A stretch of DNA of 32,000 nucleotides. Source: a cyanobacterium endosymbiont of Epithemia turgida isolate EtSB Lake Yunoko. GTDB taxonomy: Bacteria; Cyanobacteriota; Cyanobacteriia; Cyanobacteriales; Microcystaceae. Made by a program: the position numbers and the translations under genes. Below are positions 30,221 to 32,000 of this stretch, in pieces. How positions within the stretch are numbered: the first letter of the stretch is position 1; every line of letters begins with the position of its first letter. The notes under the pieces are model-generated. The model saw only the letters and a program-made list of their open reading frames with translations. It did no database searches and was not told the DNA's origin. The stretch covers positions 180,001 through 212,000 of the forward strand of contig NZ_AP012549.1 of NCBI RefSeq assembly GCF_000829235.1, written 5' to 3'.

Positions 30221-30226
30221 TATACT
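30221..30226 (+). promoter_or_regulatory. Candidate -10 box for rnpB
   Basis: tatact ends 7 nt upstream of the predicted RNase P RNA 5' end. I found no convincing -35 element. Confidence 0.3.
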
Positions 30227-30233
30227 AAACATA

Positions 30234-30620
30234 GGAAAGAGTTAGCGAGGGAGTTGCGGATTCGTCCTTGAGGCGAATTCGAGGAAAGTCCGGGCTTCCT
30301 AAAGACCAAACTTGCTGGGTAACTCCCAGTGCGCGTGAGCGTGAGGATAGTGCCACAGAAAAATACCGCATTTTTTAGGCATTGTCTAAAAAATGTAAGG
30401 GTGCAAAGGTGCGGTAAAAGCGCACCAGCAGCATCGTGAGGTGCTGGCTCGGTAAACCCCGGTGGGAAGCAAGGTCGGAGGAACTAAGGTTGGTCTTTTT
30501 CCGTTCCGTTATTGGAGAACCGCTTGAGGCGTTTGGTAACAAGCGTTCCAGATAGATAATTCCCCCTATAAGACTAATATTTTATAGGAACAGAACCCGG
30601 CTTATGTCTAACTCTTTCCC
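30234..30620 (+). ncRNA. rnpB: RNase P RNA, bacterial type A
   Basis: P1 pairs ggaaagagttag (30234-30245) with ctaactctttcc (30608-30619). Universally conserved P4 strands are present: gaggaaagtccgggct and acagaacccggcttat. The agtgccacagaaa and ggtaaaagcgcaccagc regions are typical of cyanobacterial rnpB. The gene is a sharp GC-rich island in AT-rich surroundings. Confidence 0.95.
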
Positions 30621-30710
30621 CTTTCCTTAATCATTATTTGGCGTCTATCCTTACTAATATAGGTGGCACAGTGAAGAACTACTGCCCTGAAAGGATACTA
30701 TCTGAGAACA

Positions 30711-32000
30711 TCAATTAGCAATTTCTATTTCCTCTTGGGGTAACGCTCTTTTCATCTTTCCCAACCACTCAATTAAACTCTCTAATTGTTTTTGGGGTTT
30801 TGATAGTCCTAAACCTCTAACAGTTACTTTCTTAGGACTATAAACAAATCGTGATTGCAGATAATGAGGTAGGTTTTCTTGTAATAATTTCCAAGCAGGT
30901 TCTTCCATCGGAGTCTCTAAAATGATATGTTGTTTGTCATCAGTTTTAATACGAGAAAAACCTAAAGATTTGCCAATTTGTTTTAATTCTATTACCTGCA
31001 GTAGTTGTTTTACGGAGGTGGGTATCTCTCCATAGCAGTCTGTCCAAGCTACCATAATTTGCTCTAAATCTTTTTTGGAATTCGCTGTTGCTACTGCTCG
31101 ATAAGCATCCATTTTTTGTTGCGTATCAGCAATATAACTATTAGGAATAAAAGCGGTTAACTGTAAATCAACTTGAGTTTCATTAACTTGAGGTATTTCC
31201 TGACCTTGAATTTCTTTGATTGCTTCTTGTAACATTTCCATGTACAGTTCAAATCCAATAGCCGTCATTTGACCTGACTGTTCAGCCCCTAATAGGTTTC
31301 CTACTCCCCGGATTTCCATGTCACGAGTGGCTAATTGATATCCTGAGCCCAATTGGCTGAGTTCTTGTAAGGCTCTCAATCTTTTCCTGGCTGTTTCTGT
31401 TAATTCCCCTCTACTTGGATATAATAACCAAGCGTGGGCTTGTACTCCAGATCGTCCAACTCTTCCTCTCAACTGATAAAGTTGAGATAAACCAAATTTT
31501 TGAGAATCTTCAATAATAATCGTATTAACTCTTGGAATATCTAATCCTGATTCAATAATCGTTGTACAAACTAAAATATCTCCTATCCCATTGTTAAAGT
31601 CTAACATGGTTATTTCTAATTCATTAACATCCATTTGTCCATGAGCAACCATAATTCTCGCACTGGAAATCATTTGTTGCAATTTTCCCGCTACTTCTTC
31701 AATTCCCTCAATCCTAGAAACAACGTAAAAGATTTGTCCCCCCCGATCTAATTCGTTACGAATAGCGGTTCTAATAACATCAGGATTATAACTGGATAAG
31801 TGGGTTTTAATAGAACGACGAGAGGGTGGAGGGGTAGTTATTAAACTCATTTCTCGAATACCTGATAGGGACATATATAAGGTCCGAGGAATAGGAGTAG
31901 CACTTAAAGCAAGAACATCAACTTGAGTTTTTAACTTTTTAATTTTTTCTTTTTGATTAACCCCAAATCTTTGTTCTTCGTCAATGACTAATAATCCTAA
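30711..32000 (-). CDS. mfd: Transcription-repair coupling factor Mfd (C-terminal part; the 5' end runs off the window)
   Basis: The frame stays open upstream of the track's Met (31874) to the window edge: [47 protein letters not shown], covering helicase motifs II and III. Motif VI is [19 protein letters not shown], followed by the TRG region and the C-terminal domain. Confidence 0.93.
   Translation of the reverse strand, partial: LGLLVIDEEQRFGVNQKEKIKKLKTQVDVLALSATPIPRTLYMSLSGIREMSLITTPPPSRRSIKTHLSSYNPDVIRTAIRNELDRGGQIFYVVSRIEGIEEVAGKLQQMISSARIMVAHGQMDVNELEITMLDFNNGIGDILVCTTIIESGLDIPRVNTIIIEDSQKFGLSQLYQLRGRVGRSGVQAHAWLLYPSRGELTETARKRLRALQELSQLGSGYQLATRDMEIRGVGNLLGAEQSGQMTAIGFELYMEMLQEAIKEIQGQEIPQVNETQVDLQLTAFIPNSYIADTQQKMDAYRAVATANSKKDLEQIMVAWTDCYGEIPTSVKQLLQVIELKQIGKSLGFSRIKTDDKQHIILETPMEEPAWKLLQENLPHYLQSRFVYSPKKVTVRGLGLSKPQKQLESLIEWLGKMKRALPQEEIEIAN

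Noticed and set aside
1-32000. Search for CRISPR arrays, IS elements or MITE families, integrases, toxin-antitoxin or other defence modules
   Set aside because: I saw no regularly spaced direct repeats, no transposase or integrase-like ORFs or relics, and no repeated hairpin family. All intact genes are ordinary housekeeping functions.

Overview
This is a cyanobacterial chromosomal segment. The gene set is hemH, ftsQ-ftsZ, an S41 Ctp peptidase, two Tic22-like genes, type-A RNase P RNA, rsmB, prmC and mfd. The architecture is strongly eroded. I accept 17 apparently intact CDS (about 16.6 kb), one tRNA-Pro(UGG) and rnpB, which together cover only about 53% of the 32 kb. The rest is seven very AT-rich spacers of 0.9-2.6 kb with almost no track ORFs: 1-2012, 3255-5273, 12493-14205, 16597-17601, 18592-19532, 23387-25767 and 27615-30233. 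Three gene relics can be read directly from the sequence: (1) a corA Mg2+-channel pseudogene with in-frame stops and a mutated GMN motif; (2) a frameshifted SAM-methyltransferase pseudogene divergent from hemH; (3) a decayed tandem duplicate of the hemH 3' end. The surviving hemH copy stops at a TAA where the decayed copy still has CAG, so the protein appears to lack the C-terminal CAB (chlorophyll-binding) helix typical of cyanobacterial ferrochelatases. The spacers also hold at least nine long, perfect or near-perfect inverted repeats, each with a unique sequence (stems of 11-26 bp). All lie outside intact genes, and one sits inside the corA relic. I see no CRISPR array, recognisable IS or transposase, prophage or defence system. 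The overall pattern fits a genome undergoing reductive evolution, such as a host-restricted Cyanothece/Crocosphaera-type symbiont (diatom spheroid body or similar), but that organism assignment is inference only.
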